From positions 1,674,001 through 1,738,000 of the forward strand of contig JBLDXI010000010.1 in assembly GCA_047495785.1 (NCBI GenBank): DNA of 64,000 nt, given 5' to 3'. The notes under the pieces are model-generated. The model was not told the DNA's origin, searched no databases, and saw only the letters and a list, made by a program, of their open reading frames with translations. Shown in pieces: positions 63,547-64,000 of the stretch (positions are counted from its first letter, which is position 1; the number at the start of each line of letters is the position of its first letter). The position numbers and the translations under genes are program-made. The DNA comes from Lepidodermella squamata (lineage: Eukaryota; Animalia; Gastrotricha).

Positions 63547-64000
63547 ATGTCGCGTTACTTCTCCACTATTCTACTCTTTGGAAGCGTGGCTTTTTCGCAG
63601 CAAGTCCCTCTCAAATTCAAGGCGAATGAATTACATCCAAGGGATGAATTCTGCAAAAACCTGCAAACTTTCTGTCCTTACCTTCGAAATACTGACGCTG
63701 AACCTAGGTTCAGCAATGATGAGAGAGTTGAGGTAATCATACGCCTTGTGCCAATTTCATTCATCGGTCTCAGCGATACCGATCAACTCTTTTCAATGCA
63801 AGCCGAAGTTACGCTCAAGTGGCAGCTTCCTGACTGTGCTAAATGGATGAAAACCGGGAAGAATGTAACAAATCCGGGATACTGCTCGTATCGAGTAAAA
63901 GATGAAATTTGGGTGCCTCAAATAGTGCACAGCAATAGGGTCGGAAACATCGATCCATTTATATGGTAATAATTCCAAAATAATTCCTGATTCTCATGTT
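63547..64000 (+). CDS. Exon 1 of pLGIC-7 (paralog of pLGIC-6); runs off the window
   Basis: ELHPRDEFCKNLQTFCP...EIWVPQIVHSNRVGNIDPF; donor at about 63966. Confidence 0.85.

Overview
Compact animal (invertebrate) genomic DNA with mostly 45-55 nt GT-AG introns; no prokaryotic features, CRISPR array or rRNA. It is dominated by interleaved tandem arrays. (i) Seven divergent Cys-loop ligand-gated ion channel (pLGIC) subunit genes plus a fragment; they have almost no M3-M4 intracellular domain and no acetylcholine-site loop-B Trp, and four have an unusual C-x14-C loop. (ii) Two tandem DEG/ENaC genes with altered HG and GxS motifs. (iii) At least six secreted genes with a re-spaced Kunitz-like domain, three of them joined through symmetric micro-exons to an unrecognised CX3C-type six-cysteine module. 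A TE-rich island (about 7-26 kb) holds piggyBac, LINE and IS630/Tc1 remnants, Myb-like and PHD ORFs, foldback elements, a pseudokinase-ankyrin gene and two copies of a CACTA-like element carrying a tRNA-like cassette. The most interesting hypothesis (inference) is a co-duplicating cluster of orphan, probably chemosensory, ion channels with secreted Kunitz-type partners or modulators. Gene models were assembled by eye and some boundaries are approximate.
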